The notes below the pieces were generated by a model. It worked only from the letters and a program-made list of their open reading frames with translations, had not been told where the DNA came from and ran no database searches. A program made the position numbers and the translations under genes. Shown piece after piece: positions 37,646 to 51,797 of a DNA stretch of 64,000 nt. Each line of letters begins with the position of its first letter. The first letter of the stretch is position 1. The stretch comes from Octopus vulgaris (Eukaryota), in contig OX597818.1 of assembly GCA_951406725.2 (NCBI GenBank), forward strand, positions 25,606,001-25,670,000, read 5' to 3'.

Positions 37646-38592
37646 TGTCTCTGTTTGCAAAAGGATCAGGCTGTCCTTTCCCGATATTTGTAAATTAATT
37701 CAAGAATTTAATTCTTAAATTCTTGAATGTTTGCACACTGGGCAAAATGCTCAGCTGCATTTTGTTCATCTTTACATTCTAAGTTCAAATTCCACTGGGG
37801 CTGACTTTGCTTTCATAAGTACCAGTTGATCACACGTTGATGTAATCGACTTACCCCCTGCACCGAACTTGCTGGCCTAAAATTTAAAACTAATTCTTGA
37901 AATTATCTGTCCTTCACTTTGAGTATTATTAACAATTGCTGCCAGGTTTTTTGATTTCTTTTCCCAAAAAGGAAATTTCAATTAAGAATATTTTTGTGTT
38001 GGGTGTTCAGTGCCTATCTTCTAAGTTGATAAAATATATATGTTTACTCCCTTTTCTAATTGCTTTAATCTTTCTTAATAGCAGTAACACTGATTTTATA
38101 AAACAGTTTTACTTCCGTTTCATCACTGGTAAAAATGAATGTAAATTATTTACAGTTACTTGTTGCAAGTATTTGTTTTGTGGGGTTTCTTCCCTTGTCT
38201 GAAATACATAGTTATGTGCCTTGCTTTGGGATACTCTAAAAGAATCAAAGATTTGAATTCATAGCAATGAATCTTGGTGTCATGCCACTTTCACTCAATA
38301 TCAACAGTTTCTTTAATAAGATTTACAAAGACTGGAGTTCTAAGCTTTAATATATTGAAGCTTAAAAGAAGCATTTTTTTCTCTTTTGTTAATAAGTCTA
38401 GGCCCACCTAAACTGGTAAATTGTTATGGATAGTATCAATCTGAATATCTGTGAGAAAAATGTCATTGGAGAAGGAACCTGAGACCTAGTCTAAATGCTT
38501 GCAACAGGTGATGGTCTTAGGAGTATGAAGGAAAGAGTAAAGAAAATTGAGTTCGTTATAAGAAGTTTATGTACATATTTCTATTTTTATAG

Positions 38593-38670
38593 GGACGGAC
38601 GATAATGAAGAAACAAGAACTTCACCGGCAATGTGAATCCAATAAAGCATATGCTCATTTCCGTTGGTAA
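38593..38670 (+). CDS. MRPS7: MRPS7 exon 6 (last coding exon); total CDS 699 nt = 232 aa plus stop
   Basis: tatag| GRTIMKKQELHRQCESNKAYAHFRW*, matching the uS7 C-terminus (HKMAEANRAxAHYRW). Confidence 0.96.
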   Translation, partial: GRTIMKKQELHRQCESNKAYAHFRW

Positions 38671-39604
38671 AGAAAAAACGAGGCAAAACTGAATTGTCCA
38701 TCTAATCTACTATGTTAAATATACCGTAGTTTGAAGTAACTACAATACACCAAGAGGAAACGTCTATGGACTGTTTACATATCAACTGAAAAGACGAGCA
38801 GTAGATGTGAATACATAGACATATGTGCATGGTTTGCTTGAAGGAAAAGCAGCACTGGGACAGAAAGCTTGTGTCCTGTGAAAGGTTCTGATTTGTTGTA
38901 CAGCTATTTGATAAAGAAATTTAAATAACTGTAGAGTGAGAAAAAAAATGTTTGTAAATTATATTATGTAAATATACTGGTAATTAGATAAATATTTTTA
39001 GTATTATTTGTTTTGAAACCTGATTTTATTTCTTTATATTTTTTTAAGGTCAGTGGCATAACTGGTAGAGTACTGGATAAAATACTTTGTGATAATTAGT
39101 TTACTGGGGTATAACTTAATTTTTCATTCTTCCTAACTAGTCAAGTTAATTAATTGTACCCTCCTAACATAGGTGTTATTTCTGAAATTTTATTTCACAT
39201 TTTTTTTGGAAATATCAACTAGATAATTTTACAAATTTAGTTGGCATGAATTGTTTGAATAAATTTGATATTGTTTTTTTCTCTTTGGTACAACTATAAA
39301 GTGATATATGCTCCTGTAAGTGTTTAGGAGGAAATAAAACAAAGAAATTATGACCTACAAAAACAGGAAAAAATGCCTGACTTAAAAGAAAAGATCAAAG
39401 AGTAATATGAGTATAATTGGTAACAACAGAATTGCTTGAATCCCAAAGGTGATGGTTAAACATTCTGTAGTACTTTTGTACCTTTATGTTCTGAATTTAA
39501 ATCTCACTTGTTATCTTTGTTTTCATCCTGAGAGTGGATGGTCGGGGGTCAGTACAATAAAGCACCAGCCAACTACTTGAAAGATTTTGTGTATTTATGC
39601 CTTT

Positions 39605-40295
39605 GTTCATCATCAACTGGTTGAGCTTGACTGGACATTTTTAACCCATGCACACCATCCATCTCTGTCCTGCATTAGTTGTGGGAGGTATTCAGTGTCT
39701 CTGGTAAGTTGATTTACATTACGTTGTTTGGATGACCAGCACGAGTATAGTTATGCTTTGGCATCCATAGCAGTAAGTCACTTGTCAACTCTTTTGTTTG
39801 TCACCAACTATGTCCTGCAAAGTGCAAGCACCTTTCCTTTGTAATAGAAAAAACAGGCAAATCTCCATACAGCCTGTTTCTTCATGAGATGAGTTCTCCA
39901 AGACATGTTTAAGATTGCTCTTAGCTTTTGGGTGTAAGATCCATCTAACTTGAATTCCAGTTTTTGGTAAGCATCCAGGCTGTTGCTCCATATAAAAGGA
40001 CTGACTCTACTGTTGCATGGAAAAAATTCAGACAGGGTTGATTTCCAGATAACACCCAGTTTGCTTAGGGTCAACCATGCTTTGGCCATCCAAGTTTTCA
40101 TATGCTTTTCAGTTGAGGCTATCTCAGAACCGAAAAACATGAAATCATCATCTTGATTGATGGGATCTCTGCTGATGTTGGTGATGGATCCTTGTTGATT
40201 GTAAGCAATAATTTTGGTTTTACTTGGATTAACAAGCAGTTTAACATCACATGCAGCTAAAATTGTACATCCAAGCTTCTCAAATGAAGCCAATT
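39605..40295 (-). mobile_element. RTE-like LINE 3' fragment (second family)
   Basis: LLVNPSKTK...DDFMFFGSEIASTEK...AKAWLTLSKLGVIWKS...LRAILNMSW. Confidence 0.75.
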
Positions 40296-40649
40296 TAAAA
40301 AAAACTACTGAAAGAACTAGTAGATATGTATCAATCTTAACAACATAGCTACATCCAAAGTAAAATAAATCAAATTAAACATGCTGCAGCAAACGAGCAG
40401 ACATCACTAGCCTGATAAATGAAATAAGCAGCCATAAAAACCCCAACAAGTCAAAAATTAAAGCTAAAAGTCCTCAGGAACAATAAATGGAGGGATCATT
40501 TTCAAAATTTTCTGGGAATATGCCTTTGTTAGAAATCAAAATTTTAGTCAATTTTATGAGCTTTATTTAACAGTAATAAGTGCAACTTGGTTCACTGGAA
40601 GTATTTGTGAAAACTTGTCTCTCCTGTCTTCTTTCATTTTGTATTCATT

Positions 40650-43060
40650 GCTTAAACCAGCCAGTCACCTAATCACTTATCAGTCTGGTGAGCACATAAG
40701 CCAGATTGACTACATCCTCACCAGACGAGATAGATGGATGCTAAAAAATGCTAAGTCTTTCCCCAAGTGAAGAGTGTTCAACCCAACATAGGTTACTAGT
40801 TAGTGACTTCAGAATTAGACCTAGAAAGACCTGGAGAAATAAACCAATCTTGAAAAGAAGACTATGGAAGCTCAAAGACCCAGCAAGCAGACAAAAATTT
40901 AGAGATTTGCTAATGGAAGCTTCTGACGAAAGATAGGTTGAGTTGGGGACATATAGCTTAGAGGACAACTGGAAGTTCTTGAGGGACAATCTACTGAGAG
41001 CTATGAATGAAATCTGTATTTGGTGCAGAGTCCCAGCTAGACCAAAAGTGACAAGATCGTGGAGCAAGGAGGTTGACAGTGTTATAAAGCAAAGAGACAG
41101 GCCAGAAAGAATTGGAAAATGGTGGAAGCAGAGAATTGTATCAGGTAGCCAAAAAGGCAGCTAACGTCAGGTATGCATAGCTAAATGTAAGAGACTTTCA
41201 AATGTCCTACAGCATGAGGATCAGAGGCGTGTGGTGTTCAGGACTACAAAGCATGTATCAGAGAAAATAGATATGTGGTTGGTAAGAAATGTGTGCAGAT
41301 GGATAATGGTATGCTTGCACTTAGTGACTCAGAGAAGAAAGATGCATGGAAGTGTCACAGTGAAAAGTTACTAAATGTGGAAAATGAATTTAACACATAT
41401 CAAACCAGTTGAGGGACCTGCCATCACAGTCAATAGCAGCATAATAGATAAGGCAATTGAGGACATGAAGACAAGGAAAGCCCCTGGGCCATCAGGAATC
41501 ACTGCCAAAATGATTAAAAATTTCTGGTGAAGTACAATACAGCTTAGTCATCTGAATAGTTAATTAGGTTATTCAGGAAGGCACCATACCCAACAACTGG
41601 TTTAGTAGCATTATAGTAATCTACTTATAAGGGTAAAGGTGATATCTTAGATAGAAACAACTACAGAGCTATTAAACTGCTAGACCATGTCCTGAAAATT
41701 ACTGAGAGGGTTGTAGTTCAATTGGTTAGAAATAGAATTAAACTAGATAAGATGCAGTTTGGTTTTGTGCCTGGGAAGAGTACCACAGATGCCATCTTCC
41801 TAATGAGACAGCTGCAGGAAAAGTACTTAGCCAAAAATAAGCCATTGTGCTTAGCCTTCGTCATCCTGGAGAAAGCTTTTGACAGAGTTCCCTGTTCTGT
41901 TATATGGTGGTCTCTAAGGAACCTAGGAGTAGAGGAGTGGCTTGTTAGAGCTGTCCAAGCCACGTACAGTGGTGCTGTTGGTAAGGTGAGAGTCTGCTAT
42001 GAATACAATGATGAGTTTAGCGTTCAGGTAGGGGTTCACCAGAGCTCAGTTCTCAGCACATTCTTATTCATTTTAGTCCTCCAGGTCATAAAAGAGGAAT
42101 TCAAAACTGGGTACCTGTGGGAACTACTATATGCTGACGGTCTTGCTCATATTGTAGAATATTTGGCAGAATTGGAGAAGAAATTGCAGGTATGGAAAAC
42201 AAAACCTGGAATCAAAGGGCCTTAAAGTTAACCTAGCAAAGACAAAAGTGGTTGTTAGTAAGAAAATAAAACTTCCTTTCCATCAGGTAAATGGTTCTGC
42301 CCTGTATGTAGGAAAGGAGTTGGAAGAAATTCCATTCGCTGCACCCAGTGTAAACTATGGATGCATAAGAGATGCAGTGGTATCACAGGTAGATTAACAG
42401 ATAGAGTAGTCTTTGTGAGTGGCAGATGTGCAGGAACAACAAGCACTAAGAGCATATGGGTTTTAAATTCTCTCAAATGCCCAGAAGTCTGTCTTGAGGT
42501 TGTAGATAGTTTCTATTGCCTAGGTGACCAAATTAGCAATGGTGGAGGATGCTCTGAAAGTATTGTTTCTAGAATAAGAATTGGGTGGAAGAAGTTTACA
42601 GAGCTTTTACCTCTGTTGGCAATAAAAGGCCTCTCACTCTCAGAATGAAAGGTAGACTATATGATGCTTGTATACAAACAGCTATACTCCATGGTAGCAA
42701 GACATGGGATCTGAATGCTGGAGACATGCGTAGAGTGGAGAGGAACGAAGGTAGGATGCTCCGTTGGATGTGCAACATCAGTGCACATGTACAACAAAGT
42801 GCAAATGTATTTAAAGAAAATGTAGCATACAAGAGAGTAGACTACATTAGTTTGGACATGTGATGTGTATGAATAAGGACAGCTGCATAAAGAAGTGCCA
42901 ATCATTGAAAGTGGATGGTGCCCGTAGAAGACAGAGACCCAGGAAGACATGGGATGAAGTGGTAAGGTCTGATCTCAGGATGTTAGACCTCACAGAGGAA
43001 ATAACCATAGACTGAGACGTCTAGCAATATGAAGTTCTTGAGAAGATCCACCCACATCAG
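40650..43060 (+). mobile_element. Long decayed RTE LINE (EN end, RT, PHD-like finger, C-terminus)
   Basis: SQIDYILTR, QHRLLVSDF, QFGFVPGKSTTDAIF, VGVHQSSVLS, ELLYADGL, LEVVDSFYCLGD. Confidence 0.94.
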
Positions 43061-43889
43061 CGAAACTGAGTTCAAGAAGTGCTGTGTAGAAAACTTCTTA
43101 CACTCTACCACAACAAGCCAAACTGTGTCTCTACATCCCTTCCCTTCCTCACATTCTCACCTTATGTACTATGATTACCTTCAACTTCCCAATCTTGTCC
43201 ATTGCCCCAACCTGTGCGTTCTACCCACATGACTTGTCTCACTATTTTTGTCATCTGCTAGCCCTCAACCTGGGTGTTCCATCCACACATAACAAGAAAA
43301 CTTTCCCTCACCCTACCCCAACAAACCAATTTACCACTCTTTCTTGCATTTCCTCCTTCATTCACTATGCCTAGTTCTCACTCCCCAATCCTGTCCTCAC
43401 ACCCCTGCTCCTCTGTATCATTGCAATCCATTAGCCCCTCCAACTCTATATATGCCCAGGTTTTTCGCCACTTACTCACACTTTAATTGCACTCCCTTCA
43501 CAATATCCTGTCCCTTATATTATGGCATTTGATCTTCAAGGGTATGCCCTGGCACTTGCCACAATCTATATCTCTCTCTTTCTTTACTCAACCATCTCAT
43601 TTATACCCTGATCCCCATTCCTTCTGAAAATGCCCAGCATTTTGCCACCATCTCCATCCTGCAGTCTCCCACTCTCTCTCTCTATTTCTCTTGCACTTCC
43701 CTCAGGCTGGGCAACTGTATTTTCTTTGCTGCAGCAGACCTGTTTCTGTCTTCATTCCTGATCTCTCTTCAGCTGGGTAACTTTGTACTTCCTCTTCAGC
43801 AAGGCACTTATATCTGTCACACTATAACCTTTTTATCATCACCTCCTCCAATGCCTCCTCCCCTCTTAAAAGATTTTTGTCTTGTCAGT

Positions 43890-44405
43890 ACTTGGTGACC
43901 CTGTCAGTGCAGGCACCACTTAAAAGCATCCAGTCCACACTGTAAAGTGGTTGGTGTTTGGAAGGGTATCCAGCTGTAAAAATCTTGCCAAAACTCACCT
44001 CGCCTGTGCTTGTGCCACATAAAAAGCACTAAGTCCACTCTGTGAGTGGTTGGTGTTAAGAAGGGCATCCAGCTATAAAAATCCTGCCAAAACAGTCACA
44101 GAAGTCTGGTGCAGGTTTCGGCCTGGCCAGCTCTTGTGGTACCATCCCACCATATGCCAGTATGGAACACAGATGTTAAATGTTGATGATGATGATGATA
44201 TATTATTTCATGCTAGTTCCATGTAAAAAGCACTGGTGATGGTGCCAGGTAAAAAGCACGCAGTTCACTCTGTAAAGTGGTTGTTGTTAGGAAGGGCATC
44301 TGGCTGTGGAAACCAAGCCAAAACAGACTATGGAACCTGGCCTTGCCAGCTTCTGTCAAGTGCTCCAAAATATGGAAAATGGACATTAAATGATGATGAT
44401 GATGG
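43890..44405 (+). mobile_element. RTE-tail-derived short repeats with (GAT)n tails
   Basis: Recurrent aaaagcac...cactctgtaaagtggttggtgttaggaagggcatccagc...aaatgatgatgat. Also at 31690-31930 (-) and 46325-46690 (+). Confidence 0.75.
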
Positions 44406-45689
44406 CAAGCAGCACTTGGCAAGCTAAATCCTCAACTTATATTCATTTTCTGGTTGAAGATGTTCACAATGTCACTGATAATAAAAATATTGAAGCCAAT
44501 ATTTTGATCTAATAATTAAAAAAAATTTGGCTCTCTAAGTGTTTATCTTGACCTTACTATTGATTGATGTAATGAAATGGTAAGGTTCTTGAAAGCTGAA
44601 TCTGTATAATGGTTTTGTTTACCATGTTTCTCTGTCAATTAGACCACAATGACTTTTCTCTGTCGAGTCATTGCTGAGATCTGGGCACTGATATTGGTAT
44701 TTTCCAGCAATAAATTTGAAGGACATATCTGTCTCTGATTCAGAACTACGCATAGGCTGATTAGGCTTATATCCCTCTGTCAGTTCAAGACCAGTATTTT
44801 ATGTATAAATTTTATTTTTAAAGAATTGAGGGTACTGTAGTTACAGAAATGGTTGAACACATAACTGAATGTGTTGCAGCATTCATATTTGTTCCCATTT
44901 AATTTTTGATTTCTAATTTAGATGAGGTCACTCTTGTCTTTCATTCCTCGTTGGTTGATAAAATAAGTACTTGGCTAACATTGGAATTGATTCAATTAAC
45001 TCTGTCCTAAAAATGTGACCATGTGTCATTATAAGAATATATTAACCATTCAAAAGTATTTTGAATGGTTATATTTTGAAAAGTATAGAGTTCTTCTTCT
45101 CTTGCTGGACAGATCTTCAATTTGAAAGACAATAGCCTTCCATATGACTGAGAATGGTCCATAACCAGCAAAGTTTTCAGCACAAATGCAAAAGTCTTTA
45201 AAATTTTTTTTTATCTGATACTGATAGTATTTGGAAACCAACTGAGATTTGGTGCAAGGTTTCCAACAATTTTGATCAATAACACAAGTTTGCATGATTT
45301 TCTATGTTTAAATGTCTATATAACTTTTTAAAGTGCAATTTTTTTACGCTGATTTCAGGTCTGTTAGGCTTTCTGCATCATGTCTAGTTTTTTGTTAATA
45401 AAGCTTTGTTTTTTTCCCCTTTATTATGGTATCAGATGACAGTGGTTATCTGATTTATTTTGCTCGACAAAATAGATTGCTACAAACCAATGCTGACCTA
45501 ATATTAGTAAAGGTAAAATAGCAGCAATTATAAAGTTTATTAAACAGTCGTTGGCAACTCTGGCAGATGACATGACCTTGAAAATTTGTGTACATGACTG
45601 CTAACTGATGCTTTAGTGTTGTTTTAGTAGTTCCCGTTGTTGGTGATATTTCCGTACAAACTCCATTTAAGATGAGTACATATAGACAT

Positions 45690-46998
45690 AAGTGTGTGAA
45701 CAATCCAGGCATATTTTGCTACATTTGTGGCAGGTTTGTTGTCATTAAGCAGAGACAAAACATAACTGATCTTGTAAAAAATCTATACTTTGCTTATTTT
45801 GATGTTAAACTCAGTGATGAAGATAAATCTTGGGCTCCACACAAAGTATGATGTACTTGTGTGGAGGATCAGAGACTCTGGAAAGCCAGTAAGATATTCC
45901 AATGGTGTGGTGGGAACCGAGTAACCACACTGACGATTGTTGTTTCTGCATTACTAAAGTCAATGGGTACAGAGCACAAAATAAACATAAAATAGTGTAT
46001 CATTGGCTATACAGCTTATTGCACATGAGGTTGACATTCCAGTTCCTCTCCCGCCACTTGTTTTGAAGAATGTTACAAAAGATAGTAATGAAGAAGACAA
46101 ATGTGAAGAAGGTGATGACTATGCTCCTGACAAAATTGAAAGTCTGCAGTTATTTACACAGGAAGAGCTCAATGATTTGGTGAAAGATTTGAACCTCCTA
46201 AAGGATGTAGTGGAATTTCTTGGTTCTAGGCTAAAAATGAAAAAAACTTTTGTTATCAGGAACCTTTTTCTCTTGGTTTCATCAAAAGGAACACAATTTG
46301 TTACCATTCTTTGCTGAGGATGAATGCTGGTGGCATTCAGTAAGTACCATGCATGTGTGGGTTGTTGCCAGTTCCACCTGACTGGCTCCCTGTGCCGGTG
46401 GCACGTAAAAAGTACCAACCAAACATGGTCAATGCCAGCCTACCCACCCTGACTGGCTCCTGTGCCAGTGACACGTAAAAAGCACCATCCGAATGTGGCT
46501 GATGCCAGTGCCACCTGATTGGCTCCTGTGCTGGTGGCATGTAAAAAGCAGGAGTTAGGAAGGGCATCCAGCAGTAGAAACACAGCCAGATAAGATTGGA
46601 GCCTGGTATGGCTTCTGGGCTTGCCAGTCTCCAGTCAAACCATCTAACCCATGCCAGCACGAAAAACGGACGTTAAATGATGATGATGATTACAATCCTG
46701 CTAAACTATTTTGAGATCGAGAGCTATCTCTCTGAATAGAGGCTATTCATTGATTCCTCCAAAAGGTGTTTGAAGGCTGTCCTGTTACACAATGGAAATA
46801 AGTATTCATCCATTCCAGTGGCACATTCGATAAAACTAAAGGAGACATATGAAAAACTAAAAAAACTTTTGTTAAAATATAAAGTATGCAGAATACCAGT
46901 GGCAAGTGTGTGGAGATTTCAAAATTATAGGCATGCTTTTAGGCCAGTGGGCAGGCTACTCATAAATGTCATGTTTCTTATGTGAATGGGACAGCAGA
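45690..46998 (+). mobile_element. Decayed Chapaev3-like (CMC) transposase, interrupted by an RTE-tail repeat and truncated by a hAT
   Basis: FCYICG, YFAYF...DEDKSWAPHKV, PMVWWEPSNHTDDCCFC, RLFIDSSKRCLKAVLLHNGNKYSSIPVAHS, CFLCEWDSR. Confidence 0.75.
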
Positions 46999-46999
46999 C

Positions 47000-48460
47000 A
47001 GATTAACTTCTGGAAATGTGCGCTTTCTTTTACACTGATTTTCATTTTCCCCAAATGAACCATTGATCAGAACTACAGATGCAAAAATAATTAATGATTG
47101 TATCATAAAGGAAAAGAGTAAAACTTTTTTAATGAGAACTATGTGTCTGGTGCAATGCAGCTAGTGCAGATACATTTGGTTTCAAACTTGTCAACTTTAG
47201 CCACAAGTCTCCTCATTGTGTCACATCCTGTCCAGTTCTTTTATGGGAAAGTAAAGTTCCAACATGGCTGAGACCAGATTCAATCAGGTATGAAGTAGGG
47301 AGGTCAAGCAAAAGTAATATCAGATGTTTCCACAGATTGGGGTAGGAATTCAATATACTCTGATGGTACTACAAACCTTTACCATTAAAATGATATCACA
47401 ATGTGGCATTATTGTCATTTTGTAATCCTATCAATTCCTCTTGAACGTCATCCTCACAATTGACTGCATCGACCTCAAATGGATTACGATACCAATTTGG
47501 AATATTCAGTACAATAACATCTTGAAATCGCTCCACCATGTTATCGTGCAGTGATTGTAAGTAGTTGCAATATGTAGTTAAGTCCTCATCAACCAATCCA
47601 TCTTTCAAAGAATCAAGTTGTGGAAATTGATGGAACTGACACTTTGAAATGTTAGTCTTATATAACACCAATTTCGAAATGAAGGTAGTGATAAATAATT
47701 TACAATCAACGAGATTTTTTCTGTTTCCTTGTAATAACTAATTCAAATCATTTAATTTTGTGAATATATCACAAAGAAAAAAGACATAGCACCTTGTAAC
47801 CATCAATGAAGTGGATAGTGGAGTATCTTCAAAGAAAGAGATGATTATATGAAACAGTTCAACAAAGCATAAAACAGTTTCCTTTTGACAGCCACCACAC
47901 TTTAGTATGGTCCTCATCATTTCTCAAACAAAGTTGATGGAAAATTCGATTAGACAAGGGACTGGACTTCAATTTGTTCACAGTCTTGTTAACTAACTGT
48001 AGCACATCATTCAATCTACTGTTCATATTTTTTGCCATTAAATGCTGCCAGTGTGCCATGCAAAGAAAAATTAGTATCTGGTGGGAAATTTCACGCTTTA
48101 GGAGATTGTCTGAGATTTCCCAGACTTAGCAACAATCAATGCAATGTTGTACGATGAAATCAGCCATCATTCTCCTGTTAACTAGTTTCCTGGAGTAGCA
48201 TGTTGACTGTTTGTATTTGCTTTTTGAAAGAGGAGCTCAGTTGCAAAAAGTATAAAAATAGCTTGTCCTTCTTGTCAGAATGCTTTGCATCAAAGTGATA
48301 CTTCAAGCATGAAGGTGTCATTGCTTCATTGGTCAATGTTTGATGGCAAAGAAGGCACATTGGTAACCTACAGTTCTGAGGAGAGAGAATAAATCCAAAT
48401 GATAAATAATCAGTACTGTATTGCCGACAAATTTTCTTGATTGGAGGCATCAGTAAAGTG
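47000..48460 (-). mobile_element. Decayed hAT Buster/Charlie (ZBED5/SCAND3-like) transposase
   Basis: BED finger RQYSTDYLSFGF...PMCLLCHQTLTNEAMTPSCLKYHFDAKH, HTKVWWLSKGNC, YCNYLQSLHDNMVERFQD, LPTSYLIESG. Confidence 0.88.
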
Positions 48461-48819
48461 AAAATATGAAAACAAATTTCTATAGATGGCATCAGAAAGG
48501 CAGTATGGTATTCCCAAAGAGAAGAAGAAGTCAATAGAGCAGAGTCAGATGACATGTCTTTACTGGAGCAAATATGGATCACTAAATGACTCATTGCTAA
48601 ACTATGTGTATTTCCTCTGTCTCAGCTAGTATTATAATATGAACTAACATTCCCCTAAGTTTACTTGTTTTATGTCACACTTCATTACATTTTTTTCATT
48701 CTTTAAAGCACAAGCTATATTCCCTTTTTTAGACAGTACATTGAAATCTATCTGAATATTTGTTTTGTAATTGCATGTGTCTACATCAACTCTTCTCTAG
48801 CAATTAATACTAAGAATTC

Positions 48820-50710
48820 ATCATCATCATCATCATCATCGTTTAACGTCCATTTTCCATACTGGCATGGGTTGGACAGTTTGACTGGGGCCTGGGAAGC
48901 CAGGAGGCTGCACCAGACCCCAATCTGATCTGGCAGTGTTTCTACAGCTTGATGCCCTTCCTAACACCAACCACTTCAAGACTGTAGTGGGTGCTTTTTA
49001 CGTGCCACCAGCACAGGGGCCAGAGGAGCTGACATCGACCATGATTGGATGGTGCTTTTTACGTGCCACCGGCAGGGAAGCCAGTTAAAGCAGCATTGGC
49101 ATCTACCACGTTTGGATAGTGCTTTTTACATGCTACCAGCACGGGGCTCACAACTACAATTTCCATTTGAATTGATTTTGATATTGCTGATGTTGATGTA
49201 CTTAACTCAATAGGTCTCTTCAAGCATGGAATGTCGCCCTACAATCCAAGGTACTTTTGAGTGGGTTGGTTATGCAACACTGATGTAGACTCACTTTATT
49301 TGCTGGGTCTTCTCAATCACAGCATACCATCAGAGGTCTCGATCTTTTGTCATTGCATCTGTGAGGCCCAATGTTCAAAGGTCATGCTTCACCACCTCAT
49401 CCCTTGTCTTCCTGGGTCTCCCTCTACCTCGGATTCCTTCCACTGTTTGGGAGTGCCACTTCTTCACACAGCTCTCCTTGCCCATCCACTGTATTTATCC
49501 ATAACAACGCAAACATCTCTCTTGCACACTGCATCTGATGCTTCTTATGTCTAACATTTCTCTGAGGGCGCTTACACTCTGTTGTGTGTTCACACTGGCA
49601 TTACACATCCAGTGGATCATGGTAGCTTCATTTCTTTCAAGCCTATGCATGTCTTCAGTAGTCATGGCCCATGTTTCACTGCCATGGAGCATGGCAGTTT
49701 GCACACATGCATCATACAATCTACCTTTCACTCTGAGCGAGAGGCCCTTTGTCACCAGTAGTGGTAGAAGCTTTCTGAACTTTGCCCAGGCTATTCTTAT
49801 TCTAGTGGTAACACTCTCTGAGCATCTACCCCCACTACAGACTAGGTAGCAGAAGCTATCAACTACTTCTAGTTTCTGCCCCTGGCATGTGATGGTGTCT
49901 GTTTTCTGAGCATCTGTGGTGTTTATTGCTCCTGTGCATATGCTGCACATGAAAGCTATCTTCCTGATTAATCTTCTTTTGGTGTTGCTGCACCTCTTAT
50001 GTGTCCATAGCTTACAATGGGTACATCTTATGGAGTTTCTATCTACACCTTTTCTACAGGTCGAGTAGGGCCACCTACCTGAGGGTGTGTGATGTGTTGC
50101 CTTCCTACTTACTAGACTTTGGTCTTTGCAACATTGACTCTAAGGCCCTTCAATTCTAAACCTTGCTTCCACACATGAAGTTTCTTTTCTAGTTCTGGTA
50201 GTGATTCTGCTATGAAGGCCAGGTTATCAGCATAAAGGAGTTCCCTGAGGCAACCTGTCTTGATTTTCTCTGTTATTGCCTGGAGGACTATGATGAATAA
50301 AAGGGGACTGAGGGCTGATCCTTGGTGGACCCCTACTTCTACTTGGAATTCTTCACTATACTCATTTCCAATCCTAACCCCACTAACGGCATCTCTGTAT
50401 AGGGCCTGTAAAGTCCTTATTAAATATTCATCAATCCCAAGTTTCCACATCGCCCACCAGATAAAAGATTGGGGGACCCTGTCAAAGGCTTTCTCTAAGT
50501 CCACAAAAGCCAAATATAGGGGTTTATCTTTGGATAGGCATTTCTCCTGCAGTTGCTGTACCAGGAATATAGCATCAGTGATGCATCTATCTGGCACAAA
50601 ACCGAACTGCATCTCATCTAAGCAGACTCTCTCCCTAATTAGTTGGGCTATGATCCTCTCTGTGACCTTCATTACCTGATTAGTTGGGCTATGACCCTCT
50701 CCATGACCAA
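48820..50710 (-). mobile_element. RTE LINE, RT to 3' tail
   Basis: FVDLEKAFDRVP, VGVHQGSALSPLLF, ELLYADNL; tandem 3' UTR units and (CAT)n at 48819-48840. Confidence 0.94.
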
Positions 50711-51797
50711 TTATACTAAAAATAATTCAATTTCAGTAGGCAAGGAAAACTTCTGTTCTCTTTCTTAGTCTATTAATAAACAGTTTTCTTTTTATCCAAT
50801 ATTGGTTTAATTAATTTTAACTAATGTTTTCCATATTTTGTACAAAACTATCCAAAATCTTTATCTGTACAATACATTTCCAAATTCTTTTCATTAGGTT
50901 ACCAACTTTCTCACTTCCTTCTCTTACCAAAATTTGCTTATTGTAGACAATTATGACTGCAGCTGTTGCAGCATGCAATCAATACATATATAATGAACTA
51001 AAGAGCCTTTTTGGTTTGTTACTTGAATGTATTGCAAAAACATTCCTAAATGAAATTCTGTGTCAAAAATGTTTCCTTTATTTTCAATTGTGAGTTATTG
51101 AAATTAGAAATTTAGTGTGCAAACTGAAGCTGGTATTTGGGAAATAGATTTGTGTAGATTAATAGGAGATGGATGTGTAGAATATTGACAACCATATGGA
51201 TATATTAAGTGTTTGAAAAATGAGGGGATATAGTATATCAGATTAGTAGTAGAGTTGAATTAGCTGAATGGATAAGGTGTCAGCCTCATTGCTAAAAGGT
51301 TATGATACATATTATACGAAAGTAAAACAGATAGGTATTGAAAAAGAATGATTCAGACATAGCTCTGAATTGATGGGAAGATGAGAACTTCATATTGTCT
51401 AATACAAGAATGAATAAATGAATCCATTTACGTGGAAAAACAAAACAAAAATATAAAGTGATTTAAGTATTAGATTGTGGTGAGTTAAGATTAATGACAT
51501 TATTAATCATTAATAGTTTATTTAAAAACATTTATATTAATCATATTTTTAACATTTATTAACATGATTAATTTTCATAAAATTAACATTTTTGTTAGCA
51601 ACATAAAGCATGTTAATGTAAAACAATTGCTCTAAAAATATACAAAATATCTAAATTTGCAACAAAAAAATAAACATTCCTTTTGTACTAGTATGGAAAA
51701 AGGATATAAAATAGTCTCAAAATACAAGGAAGTCTGAAGTATCAAGTAGTTCACTCATTCTTTAATACTTTATATTAATATTCTCAATCAACTTTAA

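Noticed and set aside
38641-38646. AATAAA as the MRPS7 poly(A) signal
   Set aside because: It lies in the CDS (Asn-Lys codons). The real site could not be determined; the next AATAAA I noticed is at 39258.
48178-48594. Domesticated ZBED/SCAND3 gene
   Set aside because: The transposase is broken by deletions, frameshifts and stops.
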